In this document: in pieces, positions 1 through 12,600 of the stretch
Layout of the letters: each line of letters opens with the position of its first letter
How positions within the stretch are numbered: position 1 is the first letter of the stretch
Origin: Bilabrum cf. latius
Lineage: Eukaryota
Assembly: GCA_965178125.1 (NCBI GenBank)
Contig: OZ237749.1
Location: 1-64,000 of the forward strand
Direction: 5' to 3'
Length of the DNA stretch: 64,000 nucleotides
Translations under genes and position numbers: made by a program
The notes under the pieces: model-generated
Seen by the model: only the letters and a program-made list of their open reading frames with translations
Told to the model about the DNA's origin: nothing
Database searches by the model: none

Positions 1-541
1 ACAAGCGATGATAGACTCTATCGGTTGAGGTAAACTCATATTCCGGACGGGTGTCAATATAGCGCGCAAAGAGTTTGTTTAGTGAGAAGTCATCATGGTA
101 AACCAGTAAAACCGGTTCTGCATTAAAGCCGGTTTCTTCCAGGTAATCGGTGAACATTTCTTCCCTGGCGCTTAGGGTATTTTCATGCTTCTTTATCCGA
201 CCTTCTAAATAATCCTCAACCGCAACAGCGGCTATTATCCCTATGTATTCATTCCCGTCTTTAACCTGACTGTAGAGGTAGTAACTGTTTTGTTTGTCTT
301 CCTGGAAAATTTCATCTCTGCACCAATGCTCAAATTCCTGTCGCACCAATTGGTACTTTTCTTGCCCAAAGGGGAGATTTCGACCTTCCTTAGGGTTAAT
401 GACGTGCATAAATGAATAAGGATTGTTATTCAACTTGTCATCAAGCTCCTCTTCAGTGTAACTTAGGTAGGATCTGGTGGCTACCAAATAGGCTTTATCC
501 CGTGGAGGGCGCAGAGCTTTGAAGGGTCGAATCTTGATCAT
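1..541 (-). CDS. Bacterial DUF1015-family protein, 5' part (runs off the left edge)
   Basis: Manual minus-strand translation from ATG at 541 gives MIKIRPFKALRPPRDKAYLVATRSY, matching the typical DUF1015 N-terminus (I.PF.A.RP). It is not in the ORF track because it is incomplete. Confidence 0.75.
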   Translation of the reverse strand, partial: MIKIRPFKALRPPRDKAYLVATRSYLSYTEEELDDKLNNNPYSFMHVINPKEGRNLPFGQEKYQLVRQEFEHWCRDEIFQEDKQNSYYLYSQVKDGNEYIGIIAAVAVEDYLEGRIKKHENTLSAREEMFTDYLEETGFNAEPVLLVYHDDFSLNKLFARYIDTRPEYEFTSTDRVYHRL

Positions 542-597
542 GCCACGAAATTAGCGATTCAGCCCGCTTTATAGCTACTTTTGAGGCAATTCTATTT

Positions 598-1239
598 ATG
601 CATTTTCTGGACCCCAAATTAGAGGATTACCTCAGTGCTCATCACGATCCCGAGCCTGAATTACTTAAAAGTTTGAATAGGGAAACTCATCTTAAAGTGC
701 TCCAGCCTCGCATGCTCAGCGGTCCTTTGCAAGGTCGTTATCTCTCCTTTCTTTCTAAAATGTTAAGCCCGAAGTACATTCTTGAAATTGGAACCTATAC
801 CGGGTATTCGGCTTTATGCTTAGCAGAAGGTCTTTCCGAAACTGGGGAGCTTCACACCTTAGAGATTAATGATGAATTAGAAAGCTTTGCTCAAGCTTAT
901 TTTAATCAATCAGATTACAAGGACCAAATTCATCTGCATATTGGAGATGCCTTGGATAGTTTAAAAACACTCTCCCGTCCCTGGGATTTAATTTTCATTG
1001 ATGCCGATAAACCTCGATATCTCGATTATTACAAAAAACTAGTTCCAGAATTAAAATCTGGTGCTGTAATTCTTGCTGACAATGTGCTTTGGAGCGGTAA
1101 GGTCTTGGAGAATCCTGATCCGCAAGATGAAAGTACCCTTGCCTTATTGGAATTCAATAAATTCGTGCAGCAAGATGATCGGGTAGATAATTTACTCCTA
1201 CCTCTTCGCGATGGTTTGATGTGTATCCAAAAGAAATGA
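598..1239 (+). CDS. Bacterial class I SAM-dependent O-methyltransferase (caffeoyl-CoA OMT-like)
   Basis: Motifs ILEIGTYTGYSAL, DLIFIDADK, ADNVLWSG and LPLRDGL; TGA stop. Confidence 0.93.
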   Translation: MHFLDPKLEDYLSAHHDPEPELLKSLNRETHLKVLQPRMLSGPLQGRYLSFLSKMLSPKYILEIGTYTGYSALCLAEGLSETGELHTLEINDELESFAQAYFNQSDYKDQIHLHIGDALDSLKTLSRPWDLIFIDADKPRYLDYYKKLVPELKSGAVILADNVLWSGKVLENPDPQDESTLALLEFNKFVQQDDRVDNLLLPLRDGLMCIQKK

Positions 1240-2492
1240 AACACCTACTTTTTTTAAGCCTTCTATTTGTAACAGGTCTTCAGGCACAAATGGTAAGCAT
1301 CGCTGAATCTAGTCTGATACGCAGTATCGGATACTGCGAACCGAGTATTAGCATCAGTCCCACAAATCCCGACAATATTGTTGCCGGAGCGGTTTTAGAT
1401 GGTGTTTTTTATTCTGAAGATGGTGGTCTCACCTGGCAGGTGGATACCCTGGTTTCATCCTATGGAGTTTGGGGGGATCCAGTCTTGATTTCAGATACAG
1501 CAGGGCATCATTATTACCTCCACTTATCTGATCCCACAGGACGGAATTGGTCCAGCGAGGAAATACTCGATCGTATTGTAATTCAAAAAAGTGTTGATGG
1601 AGGAAAGACCTGGTCGAATGGAACCTATACCGGAATGTTTCATCCCAAGGATCAGGATAAACATTGGGCAGTGGTAGATCCAAGAACTAATGCCATTTAT
1701 GTAACCTGGACTCAGTTTGATGACTATGGGAGTGAATCTCCCAAAGATTCCAGCAATATTCTCTTTGCCGCTTCCCTTGATGGCGGGCAAACCTGGAGCG
1801 ACCCATTAGTTATCAATGATATTCCGGGTAATTGTTTGGATGGAGATAGCACCACCGAAGGGGCGGTACCCGCTGTAGGTCCTGATGGAACCATTTATGT
1901 AACCTGGGCTAATCAGTCGAAACTCTTTTTTGATAAAAGTCATGATGGTGGTAAAACATGGATGGCAGAGGACAAGATTATCGCCCAACAAAGTGGTGGC
2001 TGGGATATTGATATTCCAGGTGTGCAGCGGGCCAATGGGATGCCCGTAACCATTTGTGATACTGCAGGAAACCTGTTTGTTAATTGGGTTGACGATCGGG
2101 AAGGGAACTATGATGTTTGGTTAATAAAGTCGACCGATGGTGGTGAAAGCTGGACTGAACCGGCCAAAATCAATAAGGATACTGGCGATGCAGACCAGTT
2201 CTTTAGCTGGATTTGTGTAGATCCAACCAGCAATTACCTGTATGCGGTTTATTATGATCGCAGAGAATTGGATGAATATGAGACGCATGTATACCTGGCT
2301 CGTAGTTATGATCAAGGTGAAAGCTGGCAGGAAATGCAATTGACGGTTAAGCCATTTAAAACAAATCCCCTTATCTTTTTTGGAGACTATAATCACATCT
2401 CAGCCTACGGTGGAAGAGTTCGTCCAATTTGGACCATGATTAAGGGGCTCAAAATGGGAGTTTGGACCTATCTTTACGAAGAAGAGAAATAG
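1236..2492 (+). CDS. Bacterial secreted BNR/Asp-box (sialidase-like) beta-propeller protein
   Basis: Signal peptide MKHLLFLSLLF with an ATGA overlap onto the upstream stop. Repeated Asp-boxes S.DGG.TW and a C-terminal FFGDY motif. It ends at TAG used as a normal stop. Confidence 0.8.
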   Translation: MKHLLFLSLLFVTGLQAQMVSIAESSLIRSIGYCEPSISISPTNPDNIVAGAVLDGVFYSEDGGLTWQVDTLVSSYGVWGDPVLISDTAGHHYYLHLSDPTGRNWSSEEILDRIVIQKSVDGGKTWSNGTYTGMFHPKDQDKHWAVVDPRTNAIYVTWTQFDDYGSESPKDSSNILFAASLDGGQTWSDPLVINDIPGNCLDGDSTTEGAVPAVGPDGTIYVTWANQSKLFFDKSHDGGKTWMAEDKIIAQQSGGWDIDIPGVQRANGMPVTICDTAGNLFVNWVDDREGNYDVWLIKSTDGGESWTEPAKINKDTGDADQFFSWICVDPTSNYLYAVYYDRRELDEYETHVYLARSYDQGESWQEMQLTVKPFKTNPLIFFGDYNHISAYGGRVRPIWTMIKGLKMGVWTYLYEEEK

Positions 2493-2538
2493 ACCTAAAG
2501 GTCCTTACTTCTTCCAATCTATCAACGAACACTAATTA

Positions 2539-3270
2539 ATGAAAACATACTACTCCGATAGTTCTCGCATCTTAATGATCTCCACTTCCAAAATTCATGG
2601 TTCCGGGTATATGGAGTATTTGTTGGATGAGGTGGCCGACTTCCTTGGCGATCGAAACGAATTACTATTCATCCCTTATGCACGACCGGATGGAATTAGC
2701 TATGATGAATACACTCGATACCCTAGAGAAGTACTAAAGAAAAAGGGAATTAAGGTGATTGGTATTCATGAACTACCTGATCCTAAAAAGGCCATCCAGG
2801 AAGCTCAGGCAATTTTTGTGGGAGGGGGAAACACTTTTTTACTTACCAAAACACTTTACGATTTAGATCTGATAGATACTCTTCGTTCGGCTATCAGCGG
2901 TGGTATTCCATATATGGGAAGCAGTGCAGGTAGCAATATTACCGGGCTTACCATTGGCACTACTAATGATATGCCGATCATCTATCCACCAAGTTTTGAA
3001 GCACTTGCTTTCGTACCTTTTAATATTAATCCTCACTATTTAGATCCTGACCCGGATTCAAAACATCAGGGAGAAACCCGGGCAACTCGAATAAAGGAGT
3101 TTCATTTTCAAAATTCTCAGCCGGTTATCGGTCTTCGAGAAGGTTCCTGGTTACGATTAGAGAATTCCACTCTGGAGTTGAAAGGTCCTCATTCTGCCCC
3201 TTTGTTTGAAGCAAATAAGGAAACTCGAGAATTGGATCAGGGTGATGTAAGTTTTCTATTACAAGCCTAA
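2539..3270 (+). CDS. pepE: Bacterial dipeptidase E (peptidase S51)
   Basis: Motifs LFIPYA, FVGGGNTF, GSSAGSN, INPHY and HQGETR. Confidence 0.93.
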   Translation: MKTYYSDSSRILMISTSKIHGSGYMEYLLDEVADFLGDRNELLFIPYARPDGISYDEYTRYPREVLKKKGIKVIGIHELPDPKKAIQEAQAIFVGGGNTFLLTKTLYDLDLIDTLRSAISGGIPYMGSSAGSNITGLTIGTTNDMPIIYPPSFEALAFVPFNINPHYLDPDPDSKHQGETRATRIKEFHFQNSQPVIGLREGSWLRLENSTLELKGPHSAPLFEANKETRELDQGDVSFLLQA

Positions 3271-3802
3271 TGAAAGCAGACCAGTTTATTGATGGTCTTG
3301 TTCCGTATGCCGATGAGGCTCACCGAAACAAACTGGCAGATTACGGCATATCAGTGAGCAATGCCTTGGGGGTGCGAATGCCAATTCTTAAATCTTATTC
3401 CAAGGCCCACAGGGGAAATAAAGAGTTGGCCCTTGAGCTCTATGCAAGTGATTATCACGAAGCAAAATTGGCTTGCGCGCTCATTTTTCCGCCTAAAGAT
3501 TTGAACCTCGAACAAGCAGATCGATTTATGGAGGGCTTTTATTCCTGGGATATGGTCGATCAGTTTTGCGGTTACCTTTTTCAGAAATCAGAGTTTGCAA
3601 GGGACTTGCCTTTTCATTGGACTCCCTTACCCGGAGAATATCAAAGGAGATCAGGCCTGGTAATGATTCTGGCCCTCTCCATTCATCACAAGAAAATGAG
3701 TGATAAGGAATTGCTAGAGTATCTACCACTCATTAAGGATTATATTAATGATGAGCGAAACTTTGTAAGAAAGGCACATTCTTGGGTGCTCAGAACATTA
3801 GA
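3270..3802 (+). CDS. Bacterial DNA alkylation repair (AlkD-like) protein, truncated at the telomere junction
   Basis: Motifs GVRMP, SWDMVD and DERNFVRKAHSWVLR. The frame runs directly into CCCTAA repeats before the expected C-terminus. Confidence 0.8.
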
Positions 3803-4954
3803 CCCTAACCCTAACCCTAACCCTAACCCTAACCCTAACCCTAACCCTAACCCTAACCCTAACCCTAACCCTAACCCTAACCCTAACCCTAACCCTAACC
3901 CTAACCCTAACCCTAACCCTAACCCTAACCCTAACCCTAACCCTAACCCTAACCCTAACCCTAACCCTAACCCTAACCCTAACCCTAACCCTAACCCTAA
4001 CCCTAACCCTAACCCTAACCCTAACCCTAACCCTAACCCTAACCCTAACCCTAACCCTAACCCTAACCCTAACCCTAACCCTAACCCTAACCCTAACCCT
4101 AACCCTAACCCTAACCCTAACCCTAACCCTAACCCTAACCCTAACCCTAACCCTAACCCTAACCCTAACCCTAACCCTAACCCTAACCCTAACCCTAACC
4201 CTAACCCTAACCCTAACCCTAACCCTAACCCTAACCCTAACCCTAACCCTAACCCTAACCCTAACCCTAACCCTAACCCTAACCCTAACCCTAACCCTAA
4301 CCCTAACCCTAACCCTAACCCTAACCCTAACCCTAACCCTAACCCTAACCCTAACCCTAACCCTAACCCTAACCCTAACCCTAACCCTAACCCTAACCCT
4401 AACCCTAACCCTAACCCTAACCCTAACCCTAACCCTAACCCTAACCCTAACCCTAACCCTAACCCTAACCCTAACCCTAACCCTAACCCTAACCCTAACC
4501 CTAACCCTAACCCTAACCCTAACCCTAACCCTAACCCTAACCCTAACCCTAACCCTAACCCTAACCCTAACCCTAACCCTAACCCTAACCCTAACCCTAA
4601 CCCTAACCCTAACCCTAACCCTAACCCTAACCCTAACCCTAACCCTAACCCTAACCCTAACCCTAACCCTAACCCTAACCCTAACCCTAACCCTAACCCT
4701 AACCCTAACCCTAACCCTAACCCTAACCCTAACCCTAACCCTAACCCTAACCCTAACCCTAACCCTAACCCTAACCCTAACCCTAACCCTAACCCTAACC
4801 CTAACCCTAACCCTAACCCTAACCCTAACCCTAACCCTAACCCTAACCCTAACCCTAACCCTAACCCTAACCCTAACCCTAACCCTAACCCTAACCCTAA
4901 CCCTAACCCTAACCCTAACCCTAACCCTAACCCTAACCCTAACCCTAACCCTAA
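3803..4954 (+). repeat. Telomeric array (CCCTAA)n, about 192 units, C-rich strand on +, i.e. a left chromosome end
   Basis: Uninterrupted hexamer repeat of the canonical TTAGGG type, followed by subtelomeric repeats. Confidence 0.98.
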
Positions 4955-4955
4955 G

Positions 4956-5190
4956 GTGTTCGGGCGATGGATGGGGGCCATGGTGGCTGTGCCGGGGCAA
5001 GGAGGGTGGGTGTGCGGGCGATGGATGGGGGCCATGGTGGCTGTGCCGGGGCAAGGAGGTTGGGTGTGCGGGCGATGGATGGGGGCCATGGTGGCTGTGC
5101 CGGGGCAAGGAGGGTGGGTGTGCGGGCGATGGATGGGGGCCATGGTGGCTGTGCCGGGGCAAGGAGGTTGTTTGTGCGGGCGATGGATGG
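4956..5190 (+). repeat. Telomere-associated 54-bp tandem repeat, about 4 copies
   Basis: Unit GCGATGGATGGGGGCCATGGTGGCTGTGCCGGGGCAAGGAGG(G/T)TGGGTGTGCGG, immediately internal to the telomere. Confidence 0.93.
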
Positions 5191-5285
5191 CGCCGTGGTG
5201 CCAATTTGGCTGGAAGTTAGGAGGGGGGAGTGTTGGGTGGATATAGAAGTGAGATGGCGAGTGCCCACCTGTATTGACCTAGTAT

Positions 5286-6470
5286 TTACTTCCCTGAAAG
5301 AAACGAAACTGCACCAGGGATGCTCCTACACCTTTTCGATGGCGTCGCATCCCCAGCGAGCAATTTCCTTTTCTCCCCTCTCCTCCTTTTGGGCAACTCG
5401 ACGGGTGTACGCGATAGGCTCGTTCTCGCTGTAGCAGTCCGCTTAAGTGGCACAGACCTCTTAGACTTGTCTGCGCGCGCCAGTTGCATTAGACGCCCGA
5501 GAGCTGGTTCGATGCTGCTGCTAGCCAATCTGACCAAGCTGCGAGCTTCCGCTCCGGTCAGGTGAGCCTTCTGCTCGCATGCGTCACAGAGCGTTCGCAG
5601 ATGCAGTACTGCCTCTTGCCACGAGTATACTTGGGCTTGAGTCGGCATCTTCTGGCCGTGGACCTTGGACTAGCCCCGCCGTGCACGCCGGTGCTACTGG
5701 CTGGAGCCTGAGCCAACATTGCCTTTCGATTCCGATCTTGCACACCCAGAGGCAGATGATCTCAGGCATGAGCCCTTTTGAGTATTTGCAGTGTCGTCTT
5801 CAGCTGCAGTAGCACATGCCATCTTTTCGACGTGCTTCGACGAGCTTGGTGCGTGCTTGCCGGTTCCATGCAACGCCAACCCATTCTGTGGAGCCAGTTT
5901 CATCATGGCACGTCTGATTGCGTCGTCAGACTTCTCTTTAATACTATTGATAGCATAACGCAAGTGTCTTTGGCCTGTTTCCGCAAGCAAGAAGCTTGGG
6001 TCGACACGCAGCACTTTGCCGTCATCTGTCGCACAAATACGCTGCATTACACTATGAAGTGATGTACGCTATCGCGCAGATACATAGGCACCATCCTAAA
6101 AGATGCACCGCACGGTTTCAACCGATATGCCGCAAGCTGCGATACACAAGCCTCGGCGGATTGCGAGACTTTCCGTTGCGAAGTCTACAGGCTTCAATCC
6201 AAGCAATGCCCACGGTGATGCATGGTCTGACATATATTTTTCACACTGCCTGGCAGAAGAGAAACAAAATGCCAGCAAGCAAACAAAAAAATCTTGATGT
6301 TCGAGACCACTTGCAGTTTGAGATACTGTGTTCCGCCGTCGAGCGCGGCGCCGCACGCACCCCCCACTGGTGGCACTCGCCCCCCACGAGGGGGACGCGC
6401 ACAATATTCCGTTGAGTATTGCTTGCGCCAGAACCGGCCTAAAGATGTCTGACGAAACCTTGTGTTCCAT
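5286..6470 (-). CDS. Hypothetical protein, about 394 aa with TAG read as sense
   Basis: ORFs 6096-6470, 5694-6047 and 5286-5648 share one frame and are separated only by TAG (6096, 6069, 5694, 5670). It ends at TAA and has a basic PKRRRGEKRK stretch. No family recognised. Confidence 0.5.
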
Positions 6471-6694
6471 TGACGATGCATGTAAAGTCTTAGATGATAC
6501 ACGCTAGATGCAATCTATGCACAAAGTACTCAAAAGATTGCAGCGAGCAATGAATCGTCGAGCTCTGTTTTGGTAGCACGTTCCAGTGAGTTCTATGTGG
6601 AGTATATGGGCAGTATTGATTTGCTATCCGCCGCAGACAGCTCAATACATACTTATGTTGCATTGTTACGCAGATATCCGAAGAAAAATTAGAG

Positions 6695-9600
6695 ATGATC
6701 CGCACTTTCGATCCCCAGCAGCCGAATCCGCCAGCTGAAGTAAGGCAGAGCTACAGTTGGGATAATAGGAGTACATCTCAGCAGCAACCGCAGTATATTG
6801 AACTTCAGTTTATTATATCGCAGATGGATGGCATCGAAGTCGAAGAAATTTAGGAGTGCCTTCGAGAACTTGGAGTCTCAAGCGATGTCATCGAAAATGG
6901 CATGCTGGCCGATCTTCTCACGGTCTACGATACACCCAGCGCTGATGCAGAAATATTTCACAAACAATTAATTGACGACTTGATCAAGGAGTCAGATCTG
7001 CATACATACGTATCGCTGGTTGATTGCTGCTAGTACGCGCCAACTGGATATCTGCCTGCCCAAGCTGCTCTCGCTGCCCGAGCAGAGATGTCAGGAGCAC
7101 ACAGTGAGATGCGGGGATTCGATCTTCCTGAAACGGCTACTCGTGCACGATCGTCACGAGGCGCAAGCAGCCCCAGCAGTAGTTCTCGTGGTGCCAGCTA
7201 GGCCACTGGCAGCTCGCCAAGCCGCCGTCGACAGTCGTCAGGCGCCGCAAGCAGCCACAGCAGTAGTTCTCGTGGTGCCAGCTAGGCCACTGGCAGCTCG
7301 CCAAGCCGCCGTCGACAGTCGTCAGGCGCCGCAAGCAGCCCCAGCAGTAGTTCTCGTGGTGCCAGCTAGGCCACTGGCAGCTCGCCAAGCCGCCGTCGAC
7401 AGTCGTCAGGCGCCGCAAGCAGCCCCAGCAGTAGTTCTCGTGGTGCCAGCTAGGCCACTGGCAGCTCGCCAAGCCGCCGTCGACAGTCGTCAGGCGCCGC
7501 AAGCAGCCACAGCAGTAGTTCTCGTGGTGCCAGCTAGGCCACTGGCAGCTCGCCAAGCCGCCGTCGACAGTCGTCAGGCGCCGCAAGCAGCCCCAGCAGT
7601 AGTTCTCGTGGTGCCAGCTAGGCCACTGGCAGCTCGCCAAGCCGCCGTCGACAGTCGTCAGGCGCCGCAAGCAGCCCCAGCAGTAGTTCTCATGGTGCCA
7701 GCTAGGCCACTGGCAGCTCGCTCGATCAGATGTCCCAACCAGAAACGGAGTCTGGACCTCAACAGCACCTGTCATCCCCCCTGGACTTCTTGGCAGGCAT
7801 GTGCCTTGGGTTCGCTCCATTGCCCGCCGTCCGAAGGCAAGGATCTCGTGCCGCAGCAAGGAAGAAAGTCGCTGTCAAAGAGAGTCGAACATCCAGCTAG
7901 CCCGTCACTCCGAGTGCAAGCCGAGGCCTGTCAAGCTCGGCCTCTCCGCGAAGATCAATGGACAGCACAATTCCGGACCAGCCTGCGATATATAGAGCGT
8001 TCAAGTCTGCACCAGGTTCCAGAAACGTACCGCTGTCTTGTCACAGCGATTCTGCATTTGATTTAGATGGGTTCACTGTTCTTGGAGCTGTCGCAGACCT
8101 CAATGGATCCAGTGCAGACGAGACTTCGAACCACTTTCTGCCTCACACGTTGGCAAGCCCACTGGGGCTTGATGGATCGGACCATGCACTGCTGGACTGG
8201 ATCACAGATGGCGTTCTAGGTGTACATGACTCAGATTCGCTGCTTCCGTCGTATACCAGCTTGTCTCAATCACCCTCAACTGGCGTGGTAGTTCGCGCCC
8301 CGCACGCACAGCGGCCGCCTGCCGGCGGATCAATGCGCATATCATGGACAGCATTCCTTGATGACGGGGATGACGTTTTCAAAGACTAGCAAACTGCGAT
8401 GCTGTGGGCTGAGCGTCGTTGCGACCAAGAGCAGATTGATAGCTTACGATCCAAGGTGACCGATCTGCAGCAGAAGTGTCCGAATGGACTTGGTGGCTCA
8501 AGCATCCGGGTGTTGGCTGCCGGAGCCTTGTCTGATGTTACCAAGTATAGCAAACTAATTGAGTAGGAGTGCACCCGATAGTTCCATCGTGATGTCGACA
8601 AGGCTGCAAGGGAAGGGTGGGCTTCAGTGGTGCCGCATTCTGGAACCTTGTGGAGTAGGGCTGTCAGCACGCAAGCAGAAAACGCAAACGATCAATCGTC
8701 GAAATTGCCAACGCTTCGTATACTGCGCGGACTCGCTGCTGACATCCACGTTCAACTTTTCGATGTTGGTGCTGCTACGGTATCTATTCTTGTACCTAGT
8801 GGATTGCTTGATCTTTGCCGTGACCTGATAGACTCGTTCGAACCTCCGTCTCAGTCCTTGCAGCAAACGCTTGATACTGAGGGTGTTGTAGAAATGAGTA
8901 TGCATGAAGGCTTCTGGACCCAGGGCTCCCATGTGGATGTAATCCGAAGCTGTGTGCTGTACGTCTTCGGCTGCGGGCTCACGGCTGCTGCCAGCAGGCT
9001 CGACTGGCTAGGTCCAGAGCTAGTGGTACGTGTCCAACGTGGTGGAGGCCAAGCCGGTGGATACCATTCGTCGCTCGCACACGCTGGGAGTGGACCTGGT
9101 CCACAGACAAGTAGATTCTGGCCTGGCTCTCACACCCTGCACAGAAGCCCATCCCGGTTGCTTTCGTGCGCATTTCATTGGGTACGGTGGCTTGGCTACC
9201 CAGCCGTTGACTAGTTGAGTGACTCTGACTCTGATTCTGACGAGGCTCAGCAGAATGAAGGCGTGGGAATAAGCGGTGGTGCTGCTGCGCAGAGCGATTC
9301 AGACGACACCGACGTGGACGTGGATGAGGACGACGACTTCGCTAAGCAACGTGGCGTGGAGGATGATGAAGCATAGCACAGCAGCTCCTACGAGTGGTCT
9401 TTGAGTCACGACTCTTTACTTGATCATCTGCACTTAGTATCACACTACAACTGCTTCCTCATGATACTGCTGATGAGACAGATAGCCAGGTGCTCCGTGT
9501 TCTACGCCTAGCGAGTGGGCTGCAAAGCATGCAATCCTATGTCTCTCTTGCAACAGGCAGCACAGGGACAGCTTCGCAAAGCTCATGAAGACTTGGCTGC

Positions 9601-12600
9601 CCAGCAGGCAGAAGAAGAACGTGCTCGGGAGATCGCAATGGATGAGAGCGATGAGGAGTTTGCCAGAGGCCGCAGAGGTGAATGGTTTGGTCCAACAGGA
9701 GATGGCAAGCGATCGGCGTCAGGCGCTACAAACAGGAAGGTGAGCAGGAAAACACTGACACGCAGTGCTCGGGAAGAGCTGTACCGCGGCGCGGCGCGAG
9801 CACCTGCTTGGACTGGACGTCATCAACGCCGAGGTATGAGAGATCTCGCAGCCATAATTCATCCGTACGGACAGCTGTGGCCGCAACAGGATGCGGATAT
9901 GGCCATGTACTGCAGTTTTGGCGTAGGCTTTGAGGTGTGTGGTGAACGCTCAGTGTCAGTTGCTGTACCGAACCCAGCAACAGTTCAGTACATGCATAGC
10001 TGTCGGGATCAGTTGCTGCGAGGAGTCATACACGGAACACGGCTCGAACACGCACGGTATGCCGTGATGCAAGAGCGAATTCGTCCATATGCGGCGCTGG
10101 CGTCCGTTGGAGAGTACGCCGGAACCTTCCAAGGAATGCTTCCAGCTACGCTATCCTGGGGTGACGTGCTTTCCGTGCACCGACGTGTTTTAGCCGAGAA
10201 TGACACTGGCAACGACTACGGCATGCCTTCATTTATGTCACTTGGCTGCATGCTGTCATCTCAGCTGCATTTGTACCAGCCTGGAGCATTCCGAGCATTT
10301 CAGCCTAGTCCAGGGGCGCACGACTCTGCATATGACCAGTTTCGCCGACGAGTTCTCTCTAAGGTTCGCCACTTCGCTGAATCGGGTGCACATGCTCCAT
10401 CGACTTTGAGTTCGAGAACTGCAAGCATGATTCGAGCCTAGGCAGCTCTGGATGCACTGCCAACCCGCCGGCGGATATACCTTGGGCTGCAAACGGCATT
10501 CACTCAAAGCTATGCAAGGCTAACTGCAGGAATCCTTGGATCGACCAGGGGCGAGTTCGATGTACCCGCGTCAACCATGAGTCTGATGCTGGCCTCCGTA
10601 GTGCTACCAGCTGAACTGCAGTACGGACAGTTACGGAGTGAACATCGCGCCGACACTATCGAGCATTTGTCAGTGGCTCCATTCTCGCAATGCTTCGTGG
10701 AGGTCGTGAAGAAGACATCCATCATGAATCACTTGGAAATGCTCAGGTATACACTCCGTCGGGCACTTTGCAGAATCGAAAGACTGCTCGTAGCAGCTGT
10801 CTGTGGTGCAGACAGGATTCCCACGTATCAGCGATCGGCGATGTGGGCGCTAGCTGCATCGATGAGCAGATGCTGTATGGAAGGCTGCGTGGCTCTACGG
10901 ACAGATGCATGGTCTCAGGTTGTTGCAGAGCAAATTGCCGTAACGTGGCTTCCCGCTACTAGGCCAGTTCTTCGAAACTTAGGGCCTTCGACACTGGAGT
11001 GGTCCAGCGTCCGTGACTGTTTGCAATCTGCTAGCAGTATGCCTGAGCAGTCTAATGTAATGGCGGTTGCATCCGCCATCATTGATCAAATCGGAAATGC
11101 GGTGTAGTCAGTCAGGGCTGGGGGGTGCAACGGTACGTTCTTGAACTCGTGGACTGTGCTTGCCGTCTGTGAGGTTATGGTAACGTCTTGGAGCCTGTGT
11201 GCGTTGGCAGAAGGCTTGGGCATGACATGGCAGATCTCTCGGATCTCCGAGAGGTATGGTCTTTCTGGACTCGTATCAACGCAAGGTGACGAGCACTTCC
11301 AGTTGGGCATCAGCGGTGTGAACAACGGAATCACCGGCTTTCGTGCTATGGTACGGGCTGACGTGCAGGCTGACATTTTGTCTCGACTGCCTGAGCGGTC
11401 CAGGCTATTGTTGCACTTTGCCAAGTCTACAGACATGTCCCACGCTGTAGTCATGGAGCAGCAGCTACGGAAGCTTTACCTTGCGCAAATGCACCTGGCA
11501 AAGCTCCACCTTCGCAGTGGCACACGGAAAGGAATGCTAGCAAGGGGCAGCCTAGCTGTAGCACTGTACGGGCTGCTCCTATCTCGGCTCAGGTGCTCAA
11601 GGAGTGCAATACTAGTTGGCTTGCAGATGTGCATATCCAAGATTGCCTTCAGTCCCAGGCCAGATGCAGGCGCAATGTGGCGCGGCTCTAAGAACGCTGG
11701 GAATCTCAGGGGTGACTTGGCGACCACGACATCTGCTAGGGCCTCCAAGCTAGGCTATGCGTTGATAACAACGTTATCCTGGACCATGCAACGCAAGCTT
11801 GCTGCCGAGTCATCTGTCCGGACCTCGTACGTCGCTTCAATTCTTCGTGCTGTCGTAGGCACCAGGCAGAACGGACAGCCATCCCTCGCAGACGAGCAGT
11901 TTCGTCGTATGGTATCAGTGTGGCTTTTACCTGCGTGTGTGATTGGGTCTGCAGTATTGCTGCCCGATCGGTTGCAGCGGCCCCCTCTGCCTGGAACGAA
12001 GCGACCAAGGGGAGGCCAGCCGCCGATTGCACGATCTGGACTTTAGACAGTGCTCGACGTCTCGCCACCACCAAGAACCGCCCAGCCTGCCGTTACCATT
12101 GCCCAGCACGTGGAGTCTGTCGTGCTAGATCATTTCAAGTGGATGAACCCAGGCTTTGATTGTCCTCAAGTCTTCAGAGGGGCGCTGAACAGGTAGGATG
12201 GGTCACTGCGTCGTGTCATCGATGTAGGCTACTACGGCGCTGGTCTCTGCATTAACCTGCCCTGTAGTCCATCAGTAGTGCCTGCACTATCAGAAGCCCC
12301 GTACTACAAGGCAGCAGGCAAGGGGCTGGTACGCAGGTCACTAGCTCAAAGCTTGAAAGCTGTGGGAGATGTCCGATCCATGGTGGCCCGAGCACGTGCA
12401 GAAGCAGGAGAAGCAGGCGTGAGTGCCGACCAGAGGCACGAGCTTTGGCGTGCGTATCACATACCTCAATCGCAACACTGCAGCTAGGTTCTTCGGATGT
12501 ACACACGTGCTCGTCCTCTTGACGATGGCGACAGCATCCTGTCACAGGCATCCACCGCTACTTCTGCTCTTGAGCATAGCCTAGATTCGTTGGGACATAT

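Noticed and set aside
1-3802. Functional horizontal transfer of bacterial genes into the eukaryote
   Set aside because: The segment lies outside the telomere, keeps bacterial composition and operon overlaps, uses TAG as a stop and is truncated at the junction.
3270-5246. Long ORFs with NP, LG or RV dipeptide repeats (also at 14752-15505)
   Set aside because: These are translations of telomeric hexamers, not proteins.
4956-7720. CRISPR-like arrays (54-bp and 84-bp repeats; also 53-bp at 15301)
   Set aside because: They are contiguous tandem units without unique spacers, there are no cas genes, and the context is eukaryotic.
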